A stretch of DNA of 64,000 nucleotides. Origin: Bacteroidota bacterium. Its GTDB lineage: Bacteria > Bacteroidota > Rhodothermia > Rhodothermales > JAHQVL01. The translations under genes were made by a program, and so were the position numbers. Numbering within the stretch: the stretch's first letter is position 1; each line of letters starts with the position of its first letter. The stretch is taken from contig JBCCIM010000003.1 of the NCBI GenBank assembly GCA_039111535.1, positions 4,974 to 68,973 on the forward strand, read 5' to 3'. The notes beneath the pieces were generated by a model. That model worked only from the letters and a program-made list of their open reading frames with translations, made no database searches and had not been told where the DNA came from. Below are positions 53,056 through 62,955 of this stretch, piece by piece.

Positions 53056-54438
53056 TCAGGTACGCTCAATTTCATACTTGCTCATCTTATTGTACAGATG
53101 AGAACGCTGAATACCAATGGCCTCAGCAGTTCGGCTGATATTCCAGTCGAACTGGTCAAGTTTGTGTTGGATAAACAGTTTTTCTGCGTGATCGCGGAAA
53201 TCGCTAAATGCTTCGTATTGGTCAACGAGGCCCGTAATGGAGCCGGCGCTGTTGCCATTTGGTTGCACAAAGCGATCTACGTCCCGCACTTCTACCTGGT
53301 CGCCTTCACTCAGAATCAGCAAACGCTCCACTACATTATGTAGCTCACGCACGTTACCGCGCCAGTCGTACTGCATCATGCGCTCCAACGCACTCTGGTT
53401 GAACGTTTTCTGTGGCATGCCATTGCGAACCGAAAGGTTTTCACAAAACGCCACAGCAATTTTGGGGATGTCTTCTCTGCGCTCTCTAAGGGGTGGAACG
53501 TGGACCAGGATAACGCTCAGACGGTGGTACAAATCTTCCCTGAACTGATTTTCCTCAATCTGATTCAACAGATTTTTATTTGTAGCAGCAACAACACGCA
53601 CATCAACAGGGATACTGCGGTCTCCCCCCACCCGGCTGATACGGTTTTCCTGCAGCGCCCGAAGCACCTTGGCCTGGGCGGAAAGGCTCATATCGCCAAT
53701 TTCGTCGAGGAAGAGCGTGCCGCCATTGGCCTGTTCAAATTTACCAATCCGTTGTTTGGTAGCACCCGTAAATGAACCTTTTTCATGCCCAAACAGCTCG
53801 CTCTCAATGAGTTCGCTTGGGATAGCAGCGCAGTTTACCTCAACCATGGGCCCATCTTTACGGCCCGACTGGTGGTGTACCCATTTTGCAACCAGTTCCT
53901 TGCCAGTGCCGGCCTCGCCAGTAATGAGCACCCGCGCTTCGGTAGGGGCAACGCGCTTGATGGTGTCTTTAATCCGGTTTATCGCATTGCTGTCCCCGAT
54001 GATGGGCGTAAGCTTACGCTCACGTTGCTCTACGATGGCTTGCCGCATGCGCTTGTTTTCTTCCTGCAACGATGCGCGGTCCATTGCATTGCGCAGGGTA
54101 ACAAGCAAACGATTCAGATCGGGCGGCTTCTCGATAAAATCAAAAGCACCGAGTTTTGTGGCTTCAATAGCCGTCTCGAGATTGCCATGGCCCGAAATCA
54201 TAACTACGGGCAGTTCGGGCATTTCATTATAGAGGACCTGCAAGACCTCTAGCCCATCCCGCTTGGGCATTTTCACGTCGAGTAGCACCAGGTCGTAAGC
54301 ATGTGCTTTAACCTTGGCAAGGGCATCCTCGCCGTCTACTGCTTCGTGGACCTCGTAAGATTCATATTCCAGGATTTCCCGGAGTGTACGTCGAATACTG
54401 GCTTCGTCGTCAACAACCAGAATATTCGCAACTGCCAT
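53056..54438 (-). CDS. Sigma-54-dependent response regulator (NtrC family)
   Basis: A receiver (ILVVDDEASIR...LLDVKMP), an AAA+ domain (GEAGTGKELVA, GSFTGA, LFLDEIGDM) and a C-terminal Fis-type HTH are present. Confidence 0.85.
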   Translation of the reverse strand: MAVANILVVDDEASIRRTLREILEYESYEVHEAVDGEDALAKVKAHAYDLVLLDVKMPKRDGLEVLQVLYNEMPELPVVMISGHGNLETAIEATKLGAFDFIEKPPDLNRLLVTLRNAMDRASLQEENKRMRQAIVEQRERKLTPIIGDSNAINRIKDTIKRVAPTEARVLITGEAGTGKELVAKWVHHQSGRKDGPMVEVNCAAIPSELIESELFGHEKGSFTGATKQRIGKFEQANGGTLFLDEIGDMSLSAQAKVLRALQENRISRVGGDRSIPVDVRVVAATNKNLLNQIEENQFREDLYHRLSVILVHVPPLRERREDIPKIAVAFCENLSVRNGMPQKTFNQSALERMMQYDWRGNVRELHNVVERLLILSEGDQVEVRDVDRFVQPNGNSAGSITGLVDQYEAFSDFRDHAEKLFIQHKLDQFDWNISRTAEAIGIQRSHLYNKMSKYEIERT

Positions 54439-54480
54439 AATCAGAATCGTGTTTATACAAGCATCATCAAGAAGGCAGAA

Positions 54481-55188
54481 TTACCCCTGGTTTTCCTTCA
54501 GGTCAACGCGCGCCATAAACATGTCGACATCGCTGGCCTGTGCTGAATCCGGGAAATCTTCTTTGATCGTTTGGTAAACGGCGCGTGCTTTGTCGAACGC
54601 TCCAGCCTGCTCATAATTGCGGCCGGCATTCTGCAAGTAGCGCGCAGACGTAAACTCGCTGTTGTATGCTTCTGCAGCATCTTTATAGCGATCGCCGGCG
54701 GCGCTAAAGTCACCATTGCTTTCGAGGATGGCGGCTTCACCAGCATAAGCGCCGGCGCCAAGCGCGTCACCTCCGTTGTCAAACTGACGAAAGTATTTCA
54801 AAGCGGATTCATTGTCACCCAGTTTAAAGTAGGCATCTGCCGCGTAGTACAAGGCCAGGTTGCCGGCTTTGCTGGATCCAAAGTCACCAGCTACATCAAG
54901 CAAGCCTTTTACGCCATCAGAACCGTCGAGTGCAGCCTGCCAGTTGCTTTCTTCATACAAGCGAACTGCGCCCGCCAGCGCTTCCTGCGCCTGGTCTTCC
55001 TGACGATCTTTGAAAATGCCATACCCAAATCCCATGATAATGAGCAGCACGATACCGCCAAGGATACCAAATACAAGGTTTCTATTGCCCTCAAAAAACT
55101 CTAAAAACTGCGTATAAAAGGTTACAACCTTGTCTTCGCGCAATTCTGTGCGGCGATTTTTGCGTTTCGGTGCTTTGTAGGTGGCCAT
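54481..55188 (-). CDS. Membrane-anchored TPR-like protein (YfgM-like)
   Basis: The internal ATG at 55188 is used (MATYKAPKRKNRR...). It has a single TM helix followed by TPR-like helical repeats. Confidence 0.55.
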   Translation of the reverse strand: MATYKAPKRKNRRTELREDKVVTFYTQFLEFFEGNRNLVFGILGGIVLLIIMGFGYGIFKDRQEDQAQEALAGAVRLYEESNWQAALDGSDGVKGLLDVAGDFGSSKAGNLALYYAADAYFKLGDNESALKYFRQFDNGGDALGAGAYAGEAAILESNGDFSAAGDRYKDAAEAYNSEFTSARYLQNAGRNYEQAGAFDKARAVYQTIKEDFPDSAQASDVDMFMARVDLKENQG

Positions 55189-55608
55189 GTTTAAATGATC
55201 AAATTGTGTGTACAAAAAACTTCATGTTTGTCCTGCCAGGTTGACACTGGGTGCATGTTTTTCAGGACAGCCGCGCTGGCGGGCTGCATTCAGATTTTGA
55301 CTCTGAATCGGGTACATTACGCCATTACGGGTGCCCTCTAACGCACATAAGCCGCAAGATATCCCGCGTGGCTTTTTTTATACACGAATTCTCGAATACT
55401 GCGCAAGCGGTCATCGATGCGCCTGCACGCTGTGGGGCCTTATCCTCCCCCGTCTTTCCCACTGATCTGCTGCTGTTTTCATAAAAAGCTAAAATTAAAA
55501 GGGCATTTAATGGTTCGAGTTAAATTAATTTAACGGCAAGAACTCTTTAACGAGTTGGGCTTAGAAGCCCACTCTCAATCAACAAAATTGACAAGAAGAA
55601 CGACAACT

Positions 55609-56613
55609 ATGGCCATTAAGCTTGGAATCAACGGGTTTGGTAGAATTGGTCGCCTTGTGCTGCGCTCAATCCTCGCCCGGAAGTCGAACGAATTTGATGT
55701 AGTAGGTATTAACGACCTCACAGATGCGTCTACCCTCGCCCACCTGTTCAAGTATGATTCTGTGCATGGTGTCTACCCCGGAGAAGTAACTGTAGACGGT
55801 GACTCCCTCAAAGTTGGCGGAGACCGGTTCAAGGTATTCAGCGAGAGAAATCCAGAAGATCTCCCATGGGGCGAACTCGGTTGTGATCTTGTCATCGAGT
55901 CAACGGGTATTTTCCGTACCAAAGAGGCTGCATCCAAGCACATTACTGCCGGCGCAAAAAAAGTCATTATCTCTGCGCCGGCCAAAGGTGCAGTTGATGC
56001 AACAGTTGTACTCGGCGTTAACGACAGCATCCTTACAGGCAGCGAGCAGGTCATTTCCAACGCTAGCTGTACCACCAACTGTCTTTCTCCGATGGTTAAA
56101 GTGCTCGACGATGCATTTGGCATCAAACGCGGCCTGATGACCACCATCCACGGTTACACTGCTGACCAGCGCCTGCAAGACGCACCACACAGCGACCTGC
56201 GTCGCTCTCGTGCTGCTGCGCTCAACATCATCCCGACAACCACTGGTGCTGCTGTAGCTGTTGGACTCGTTTTGCCGCACCTTGCCGGCAAACTCGACGG
56301 ATTTGCACTGCGCGTGCCCGTACCCGACGGTTCAATTACCGACTTCACCGCTGAAGTTGGCACAGAAACTACGATTGAAGAAGTAAACGCCCTCTTCAAA
56401 GCAGCAGCAGAAGGCCCGATGAAAGGCGTACTGCAATTTAACACAGACGCTATCGTATCCAGCGACATTGTGGGCAATCCCCACTCTTGTATCCTTGATG
56501 CGCCGCTGACCATGGTAACCGGCAACATTATTAAAGTGGTTGGTTGGTACGATAACGAATGGGGATACGCAAACCGCGCCGTAGACGTCGCGCATAAGCT
56601 GATGTCTCTCTAG
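55609..56613 (+). CDS. gap: Type I glyceraldehyde-3-phosphate dehydrogenase
   Basis: The internal ATG at 55609 is used. The motifs are [27 protein letters not shown] and WYDNEWGY. Confidence 0.92.
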   Translation: MAIKLGINGFGRIGRLVLRSILARKSNEFDVVGINDLTDASTLAHLFKYDSVHGVYPGEVTVDGDSLKVGGDRFKVFSERNPEDLPWGELGCDLVIESTGIFRTKEAASKHITAGAKKVIISAPAKGAVDATVVLGVNDSILTGSEQVISNASCTTNCLSPMVKVLDDAFGIKRGLMTTIHGYTADQRLQDAPHSDLRRSRAAALNIIPTTTGAAVAVGLVLPHLAGKLDGFALRVPVPDGSITDFTAEVGTETTIEEVNALFKAAAEGPMKGVLQFNTDAIVSSDIVGNPHSCILDAPLTMVTGNIIKVVGWYDNEWGYANRAVDVAHKLMSL

Positions 56614-56648
56614 ACACCCCTTTCTGTGATGTGCAAAAACTAGACAAT

Positions 56649-56690
56649 GTGAGCGCGGGATATGTATTATCTCGCGCTCACAAGTTTTTT
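56649..56690 (+). terminator. Rho-independent terminator after gap
   Basis: GTGAGCGCG (56649-56657) pairs with CGCGCTCAC (56673-56681), followed by aagTTTTTT. Confidence 0.75.
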
Positions 56691-56870
56691 AACCCCAAGT
56701 GTCTACTTTTTCACGGTACGCTTACTTACCTTTGACTGACGTCGTGCGCCGGCATTTCCTGATGCCATCACCCTCAACGCGCATGATACGGCTGTGCTGC
56801 CTTGCATATTCAATCCTGCAACCTCCAGAATCGCACAGTTCGTTTTTGTAATTGCACCTGACGATTCAAT

Positions 56871-58070
56871 ATGAGTTACTATACACCTGCTGACCTGGAC
56901 ATCGAAGACAAACGCGTGCTTATCCGCGTCGACTTTAACGTTCCGATTAAAGAAGACGAAGCGGGCAACCGCAAAGTTGTAGATGACACCCGCATTCGTG
57001 CCGCGCTCCCCACCATTAAGTCGGTCATCGACAAAAACGGGAAAGCCATTCTGATGAGCCACCTCGGCCGGCCCAAAGGAGTGCCCAACCAGGCCTTCAG
57101 CCTTTCACCGGTGGCATTGAAGCTCGAAGAATTGCTCGGCAAAAGGGTTCGTTTTGCGTCACACCTTACCGGCGATGCCGTACGTGAGGTCATCGACCGT
57201 ATGCCCGGTGGTAGCGTAATTTTGCTTGAAAACACGCGTTTTTATCCTGGCGAGAAGCAAAATGACCCGGCGCTTGCTGAAGAAATCGCGGCGCTGGCAG
57301 ATGTGTATATCAATGACGCTTTTGGCACCGCACACCGTGCACATGCATCTACTGCCGGCGTCACAGAGCATGTATCAGTTGCCGCGATGGGATACTTGCT
57401 CGAAAAAGAAGTCAACTACCTTTCAAAAATCCTGAATGACGCTGAGCACCCCTTTGTAGGTATCATTGGCGGCGCAAAAGTATCCGACAAAATTGGTGTT
57501 ATCGAGTCGTTGCTCGAGAAAGTTGACAAACTACTCATCGGCGGTGCCATGAGCTATACTTTCCTTAAAGCGCTCGGCCATAACATCGGCACCTCCCTCT
57601 TTGAGGAGGACAAACTTGCTGATGCAAAACTCCTCTTCGAGCGCGCAGATGGCAAAATCTTGCTTCCATCCGACCATATCGCTGCTACAGCGTTTGACAA
57701 CGACGCCCCGCATGGTGTTGTAGCTGGCGATATTCCAGAAGGACAAATGGGCCTTGATATCGGACCAGACAGCGCTGCTGCCTACCGCGAGGTGCTGCTA
57801 AATGCCAAAACAATTGTATGGAACGGTCCGATGGGCGTCTTTGAACTGCCGAACTACGCCAAAGGCACACTTTCAGTGGCCCAGGCCCTTGCAGATGCCA
57901 CCGAACAGGGTGCCCTTACAGTTGTTGGTGGTGGCGATTCTGTCGCAGCTATCAAACAAATGCGCTTTGAAAACAAGGTGAGCCACGTCTCCACCGGTGG
58001 CGGTGCCATGCTGGAATTCCTGGAAGGCAAAACCCTCCCTGGCATCGATGCGCTTACCGAAAAGGCCTAA
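56871..58070 (+). CDS. pgk: Phosphoglycerate kinase
   Basis: RVDFNVP, SHLGRPKG, the FGTAHRAHAST motif and GGGDS..A are present. The protein is 399 aa. Confidence 0.92.
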   Translation: MSYYTPADLDIEDKRVLIRVDFNVPIKEDEAGNRKVVDDTRIRAALPTIKSVIDKNGKAILMSHLGRPKGVPNQAFSLSPVALKLEELLGKRVRFASHLTGDAVREVIDRMPGGSVILLENTRFYPGEKQNDPALAEEIAALADVYINDAFGTAHRAHASTAGVTEHVSVAAMGYLLEKEVNYLSKILNDAEHPFVGIIGGAKVSDKIGVIESLLEKVDKLLIGGAMSYTFLKALGHNIGTSLFEEDKLADAKLLFERADGKILLPSDHIAATAFDNDAPHGVVAGDIPEGQMGLDIGPDSAAAYREVLLNAKTIVWNGPMGVFELPNYAKGTLSVAQALADATEQGALTVVGGGDSVAAIKQMRFENKVSHVSTGGGAMLEFLEGKTLPGIDALTEKA

Positions 58071-58326
58071 GTTCGTTGTAAGCTGACAGGCTTTTCCCAC
58101 TGCCGTTATCATTGTTTTTATGCTATGCCCCGAGCACTCCCCGGGGTAAGTTCTCTTGTGTAGCATGCACCTCCTTTCCTCAAAATTTTGATCCTAAATG
58201 GATTGACTCGGAAGCGCTTTTTTTATAAACTGCTGCGTTTTTATCCAGCATGTTTGGCCGATACTGTTTTCAGTCGTCTATTTCACTTCATGCTGGACCC
58301 GTTCATCAGCTAAGACAAAGAAAACT

Positions 58327-59217
58327 ATGGTATACAAACGTGTTGAGGAAGTCGATTTTGATCGTGCTTCGTTGCCACATCTCCCTACCCCCAAAAATGT
58401 GCTGTTTACTTCTCCAGAGCATTTTGACGTAGCTTATGTAATCAATCCCCATATGGCGGCTCATGTCGGCAGTGTTGACACCGACGTTGCACGTGCCCAA
58501 TGGGAAACCCTTCGCGCAGCCTATAAAGAACTCGGCCTCAATACCCACGTACTGGCAGGCGCAGCCGGCTACCCCGACATGGTATTCTGCGCCAACCAGA
58601 CCCTCCCCTTTTACCAAAACGGAGACAGCAACCCCGGCGTTGTGCTCAGCAACATGCACGCCGACCAGCGCAAAGGGGAAGTCGCCCACCTGGAATCGTT
58701 CTTCAGTAGCCGGCGCTACACGGTAAAATCCGTTGCGCGCCTCGCTTTCGACTTTGAAGGTATGGGTGATGCTATCTGGCATCCCGCGCGTAAACTGCTC
58801 TGGGGTGGCTACGGATTTCGGACAAACATCCAGGTATACGAGAACATCGCTTCTTTGCTGGATGTCAAGGTTCTCGTACTTGAACTACTCGACCCAGACT
58901 TTTACCACCTGGACACCTGTTTCAGTGTTTTGAATGAGCGCACTGTAATGATTTACCCCGGTGCCTTCACACAAGAGGGACTGGACTTGATCCATCATTT
59001 TTTCGATCATGTGATCGAATGCCCCGAAGATGAATCGCGCAAGCTGTTTGCCTGCAATGCACACTGCCCGGACCAGCGCCATGTTGTCATCCAAAAAGGA
59101 TGTACCGTGACAAATGAATTGCTAAAAGCTGCCGGCTTTGTACCCGTTGAAGTAGACACAAGCGAATACATCAAAGCGGGCGGATCCGTATTCTGCATGA
59201 AGCAGATGTTTTGGTAA
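58327..59217 (+). CDS. Amidinotransferase-fold (arginine deiminase / DDAH-related) protein
   Basis: 296 aa. FYHLDTCF and the C-terminal GGSVFCMK (catalytic Cys position) are typical of the guanidino-group-modifying enzyme superfamily. Confidence 0.65.
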   Translation: MVYKRVEEVDFDRASLPHLPTPKNVLFTSPEHFDVAYVINPHMAAHVGSVDTDVARAQWETLRAAYKELGLNTHVLAGAAGYPDMVFCANQTLPFYQNGDSNPGVVLSNMHADQRKGEVAHLESFFSSRRYTVKSVARLAFDFEGMGDAIWHPARKLLWGGYGFRTNIQVYENIASLLDVKVLVLELLDPDFYHLDTCFSVLNERTVMIYPGAFTQEGLDLIHHFFDHVIECPEDESRKLFACNAHCPDQRHVVIQKGCTVTNELLKAAGFVPVEVDTSEYIKAGGSVFCMKQMFW

Positions 59218-59232
59218 CGTTACCCGTGACCT

Positions 59233-59913
59233 GTGCTCATTACAATAGTTATCCCTACTCTCAATGAGGCCGCCTGTATTCGGCGCACGCTCAGCGAACT
59301 TCAATCATTAACCCCGCCCTTTGAACTTATTGTGGTGGATGGCGGCTCTGTAGACGACACAGCCGCCATCGCCCACCCTTTTGCGCGCGTTGTACAGGCC
59401 GACCGTGGCCGCGCTGTACAAATGAATGCAGGCGCTGCTGTTGCAAGCGGTGACGTCTTGCTGTTTTTACATGCAGATACCGTACTGCCAGCCAACGCCC
59501 TGGATCTAATACGAGGCGCCGCAGAGAACAACATCTCAGCCGGCAACTTCCGCCTTAAATTTGATGCTTCCTCTCCCCTCCTCGGACTCTACAGCTTCTT
59601 CACCCGGTTTCGCGTCTCCCAGTTTAGCTTTGGCGACCGCGGTCTGTTTGTTACGAAAACCCATTTTGAAGAGACTGGCGGGTTTGCACCCATCCCCATT
59701 TTTGAAGACCTAGACCTTGCCCGCCGGCTACAAAAAAACGGCCCTTTTGCCTATCTCGATGCCTATGCGACCACGTCTGCTCGCCGATTTCGACAACACG
59801 GCGCATTACGGCAGCAGTTACGCAATGCCTATCTCTGGACCCGATACCTGCTAGGCACCTCCCCCAAACAGCTCGCGCATCTTTATCCATACGCGTCTCG
59901 GAAAACTACATAA
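59233..59913 (+). CDS. GT2 glycosyltransferase, TIGR04283-like
   Basis: GTG start. The sequence IVIPTLNEA...ELIVVDGGS.DDT......GRA.QMNAGA....GDVLLFLHADT.LP, then FRLKFD...PLL...SFFTRF......GD.GLF and SARR matches this family as I recall it. Confidence 0.65.
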   Translation: MLITIVIPTLNEAACIRRTLSELQSLTPPFELIVVDGGSVDDTAAIAHPFARVVQADRGRAVQMNAGAAVASGDVLLFLHADTVLPANALDLIRGAAENNISAGNFRLKFDASSPLLGLYSFFTRFRVSQFSFGDRGLFVTKTHFEETGGFAPIPIFEDLDLARRLQKNGPFAYLDAYATTSARRFRQHGALRQQLRNAYLWTRYLLGTSPKQLAHLYPYASRKTT

Positions 59914-59950
59914 TTCGATTTCAAGATTGAATCAATAGCGGCATTTCCTT

Positions 59951-60058
59951 CCGTCATGCCCAACTTGATTGGGCATCCACCCGGCTAGCAAAAGGCATGC
60001 GGCGAGAAGCAAAATCGCATTGCCATACCTGTGGATCCCGGAGACATCGAGATGACGG
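59951..60058. repeat. Compound hairpin element (outer CCGTCAT/ATGACGG; inner ATGCCCAA-cttga-TTGGGCAT and GGCATGCG.../...CGCATTGCC)
   Basis: Direct reading. The inner hairpin at 59956-59976 is the reverse-orientation relative of the CCCGAA-tcaag-TTCGGG hairpin in the 32320 array. It has the same loop and compensatory stem changes. Confidence 0.55.
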
Positions 60059-60162
60059 CTTACTCAGGTAGCTCACACTGGTGTTTCACCACACAGGAGC
60101 GGCACTTCAACAGATATTTTATCCCAAAAAATTTAAGCATACTGGAAACTTATCGACACAAA

Positions 60163-60192
60163 TACTATCATAGTAGTATTACTATCGTAGTA
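60163..60192. promoter_or_regulatory. Two tandem 13-bp palindromes, candidate BlaI/MecI-type operators
   Basis: TACTATCATAGTA (60163-60175) and TACTATCGTAGTA (60180-60192) lie 13-42 nt upstream of the blaI-like ATG. BlaI/MecI operators are TACA/TGTA-type palindromes. Confidence 0.5.
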
Positions 60193-60204
60193 CAGAAAAA
60201 AAGC

Positions 60205-60612
60205 ATGATGCGCAAAAAGAAAAACATGTCCCCCTTGGGCGAAACAGAAATGGAAGTATTGCAGCATATCTGGTCGCTGCAAAAAGCAACGGTTGCGCAG
60301 GTACACACCCGTGTCCTTGAAACGCGCAAAGTGGCTTATACAACCATCATGACAGTAATGAAAAAACTGGCAGACAAGGGGTATCTGTCTTTCGAAAAAG
60401 ACGGTGCCACGTATGTGTACGCGCCGGCCCGCACCCAGGAGGATGTGCAACAGTCGCTCATCAGCAGCCTGGTAGAGAAAGCATTTCAAGGGTCGTCGGC
60501 TGCACTCATTCAAACCCTGGTTAAAAAAGAAGCCCTCTCCGATGCAGAGCGGCAAGACATTCTGAAACTCATCGCAGACCTCAACGACGACGCAGGCAAC
60601 ACCAATGACTAA
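60205..60612 (+). CDS. BlaI/MecI/CopY family transcriptional repressor
   Basis: The internal ATG at 60205 is used. LGETEMEVLQHIWSLQKATVAQVH....RKVAYTTIMTVMKKLADKGYL is the winged-helix core of this family. Confidence 0.8.
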   Translation: MMRKKKNMSPLGETEMEVLQHIWSLQKATVAQVHTRVLETRKVAYTTIMTVMKKLADKGYLSFEKDGATYVYAPARTQEDVQQSLISSLVEKAFQGSSAALIQTLVKKEALSDAERQDILKLIADLNDDAGNTND

Positions 60613-62317
60613 CTTCGCAGATTTTCTATTCAACACGGGCCAGTTGAGCCTCGAACACCTCTGGCTCCCCCTGCTGTTCTGGACGCTGTTTGCCGGCTTG
60701 TTCTATCTGGCTGATCGTTCCAAACTCATACACGCACCGCAAATCCGGTATCAGGCAGCCACTGCGCTGCTGCTGGCCTTGCCGATTGGGATTTTGCTGT
60801 CTTTTGCAGCAATTCTGTCTGTCTCGGCGCCGGCGCCAAGCTATCTTACAACACCTGATACACCGCTCGTGCCAGACGTTGGCAGCGTCGCATCTGCGTC
60901 GCCAGTAACTCCTGACCTCATCTGGCACACATACCACCTGGTTGGCATATTTGTCCTTCTGATTGGCGCAATTGCGCTTTTCAAAACGAGTGTTTTGTTG
61001 CGGGAAACGCTGTATTTGCGCTGGATGGGCCAAACGCTACGCGGCGACAAACTGGCAGCTATTAGTCCGGCTGGAGACGCTGTACGCAAAGCCTGGGGCC
61101 TCAGCGATAAAATAAACGTGGTATTTTCAGATACACATGCAGCGCCTATGACCTTCGGCTGGCGCACGCCTGTCATTGTGGTGCCAGAATCCCTCCGCAA
61201 TCAGCCACATGATTTGCACCTCGCCCTCTTGCATGAGTTAGCCCATATACGTAATGCCGACTTTGCGAGAAAATGGATTGAGCGGCTCACTGCATCCTGG
61301 TTCTTTTTCCACCCGCTTGTACACAATCTCGTTCAGCGGCTCGCCCATTTCAGGGAAATGAACTGCGACCAGGAAGTCCTCAGCCGGCAAGACGTGTCAC
61401 CACGCCAGTACGCCTCGTTGCTGCTCAATTTTGCAGCTCCCCAACCCGTTCCGGCTCCCCTGCCCCTCAGCATGTCTGCCAACAAAAATAGCCTCAAAAA
61501 CAGAATCAGTGCAATGAAAGATTATTCGATTTTCTCTCCTTCGAAGCGCAGAACAGCGTTTTATGCAGCCATGCTGCTCCTGTTTTGTACCTCAGTACTC
61601 ATAGCCTGCGAAGTCAATTTTGTAGATGATAATAGTGTGACAGTTATAACCACACCGGACGGTACCACTGAGACAGAAATCCTGGAGCGAGAACTTGCTG
61701 AACGGGAGCTCATCATCGAACAGCAACAGGCAGATCCTTCAGGCGAAGTATTTATGATCGTTGAGGAAATGCCCGTATTGATTGGAGGGCTGGCCGGCAT
61801 TCAGGCACTTATAAACTATCCTGATGCTGCCAAAGCTGAAGGCATTGAAGGCCGCGTGTTTGTCCAGTTTGTGGTAGATACAAACGGGCAGGTGACCGAT
61901 CCGGTGATTGTGCGCGGCATCGGTGCCGGCTGTGACGAAGAAGCGTTGCGTGCTGTTAGTCAGGCACGGTTCGTGCCGGGCAGGCAACGCGGACAGGTGG
62001 TTAAAGTAAAGATGTCGCTACCGGTTACATTTCGCCTCAGCGATGAGACTGCAGAGGCCATGCAGGGCAATATCGACCTGATTTCAAAACTAATGGCTGA
62101 AACGCAACTGAAAATGTCTGAGAGTCAGCTAAAGAAGGAAAGCCTGGCAGAGCAAATGGTCCTATCTACTTTTAATAAAGAAGAAGAAGAAATGCTGGTT
62201 CTTGAGAAAAAACTACGGGAGATCCTTGTTCAACAATCAGCCTATGAGACCCAATTAAAAGGACTCAAAGAGGTCTACGAAAAAATGCTTGCCCATCAGA
62301 ATCAGATCGCATCATGA
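60605..62317 (+). CDS. BlaR1/M56-family membrane peptidase-sensor fused to a TonB C-terminal domain and a coiled-coil tail
   Basis: The start overlaps the blaI-like stop by 8 nt. TM helices are present, and the M56 HExxH is LALLHELAHIRNADF. The TonB_C domain reads MPVLIGGLAGIQALINYPDAAKAEGIEGRVFVQFVVDTNGQV.DP.IVRGIG.GCDEEALRAV...RF.PG.Q.G. Confidence 0.8.
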   Translation: MTNFADFLFNTGQLSLEHLWLPLLFWTLFAGLFYLADRSKLIHAPQIRYQAATALLLALPIGILLSFAAILSVSAPAPSYLTTPDTPLVPDVGSVASASPVTPDLIWHTYHLVGIFVLLIGAIALFKTSVLLRETLYLRWMGQTLRGDKLAAISPAGDAVRKAWGLSDKINVVFSDTHAAPMTFGWRTPVIVVPESLRNQPHDLHLALLHELAHIRNADFARKWIERLTASWFFFHPLVHNLVQRLAHFREMNCDQEVLSRQDVSPRQYASLLLNFAAPQPVPAPLPLSMSANKNSLKNRISAMKDYSIFSPSKRRTAFYAAMLLLFCTSVLIACEVNFVDDNSVTVITTPDGTTETEILERELAERELIIEQQQADPSGEVFMIVEEMPVLIGGLAGIQALINYPDAAKAEGIEGRVFVQFVVDTNGQVTDPVIVRGIGAGCDEEALRAVSQARFVPGRQRGQVVKVKMSLPVTFRLSDETAEAMQGNIDLISKLMAETQLKMSESQLKKESLAEQMVLSTFNKEEEEMLVLEKKLREILVQQSAYETQLKGLKEVYEKMLAHQNQIAS

Positions 62318-62955
62318 ATTGGAAAACAAGTATTCTCGCATGCGCCATGCTGCTTACAACAGTAAGCGCACAAGCACAACACAGCATTTCAGGTTATGTA
62401 TACGAAGTACAATCGGGTCAACCGCTTGAAGGCGTGCGCATCGACTTGAAAAACCGGCAGGGCCTGGACATTGGTTTGATGCCGGCTGCCTACACAGACG
62501 CTGAAGGTTACTTCACGTTCACCCACGTGAAATCACGCGACTACCGCGCTGAAATCACGCATACGTTCGACACGCCTGACGGCCCGTTTGGCATACGCTT
62601 GTTCACCAACAGCAGCGTCATTGCGGTTGATACCAGCGATTATACATTGAACATCGGACTGTCGCGCCACAAGGTAGACCAACATCGATTACACATGGCA
62701 TTGAACCACTTACGCCAGCAAGCCGACAATCCGGATTTCTTCAAACAGCACGAGCATAAACTAAGCGACCAGACACGCGAACTGATGCGCAAACTCCAGC
62801 CGGACTGGAAAAGGCGTATTAACAAATTGTTTATCGAGCAAAAACTACTCAGCTCGCGCGTACTGGGGAATTATCGAGAATTGCGTGCAATAGAATCTGT
62901 CAGTCCTATTCGTGGCCCTGTGAACGTGCCGGTGCACTCAGGAGGTAAGCCATGA
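62314..62955 (+). CDS. Secreted protein with a carboxypeptidase-regulatory-like domain, paralog A
   Basis: ATGA start/stop overlap with the upstream gene. It has a signal peptide, and ISGYVYEVQSGQPLEGVRIDLKNRQG...DAEGYFTF is CarbopepD_reg-like. Confidence 0.65.
   Translation: MNWKTSILACAMLLTTVSAQAQHSISGYVYEVQSGQPLEGVRIDLKNRQGLDIGLMPAAYTDAEGYFTFTHVKSRDYRAEITHTFDTPDGPFGIRLFTNSSVIAVDTSDYTLNIGLSRHKVDQHRLHMALNHLRQQADNPDFFKQHEHKLSDQTRELMRKLQPDWKRRINKLFIEQKLLSSRVLGNYRELRAIESVSPIRGPVNVPVHSGGKP

Noticed and set aside
55251-55484. 77-aa + strand ORF upstream of gap
   Set aside because: It spans the hairpin/terminator-like region and has no motifs. The structural reading (leader or sRNA) explains the sequence better.
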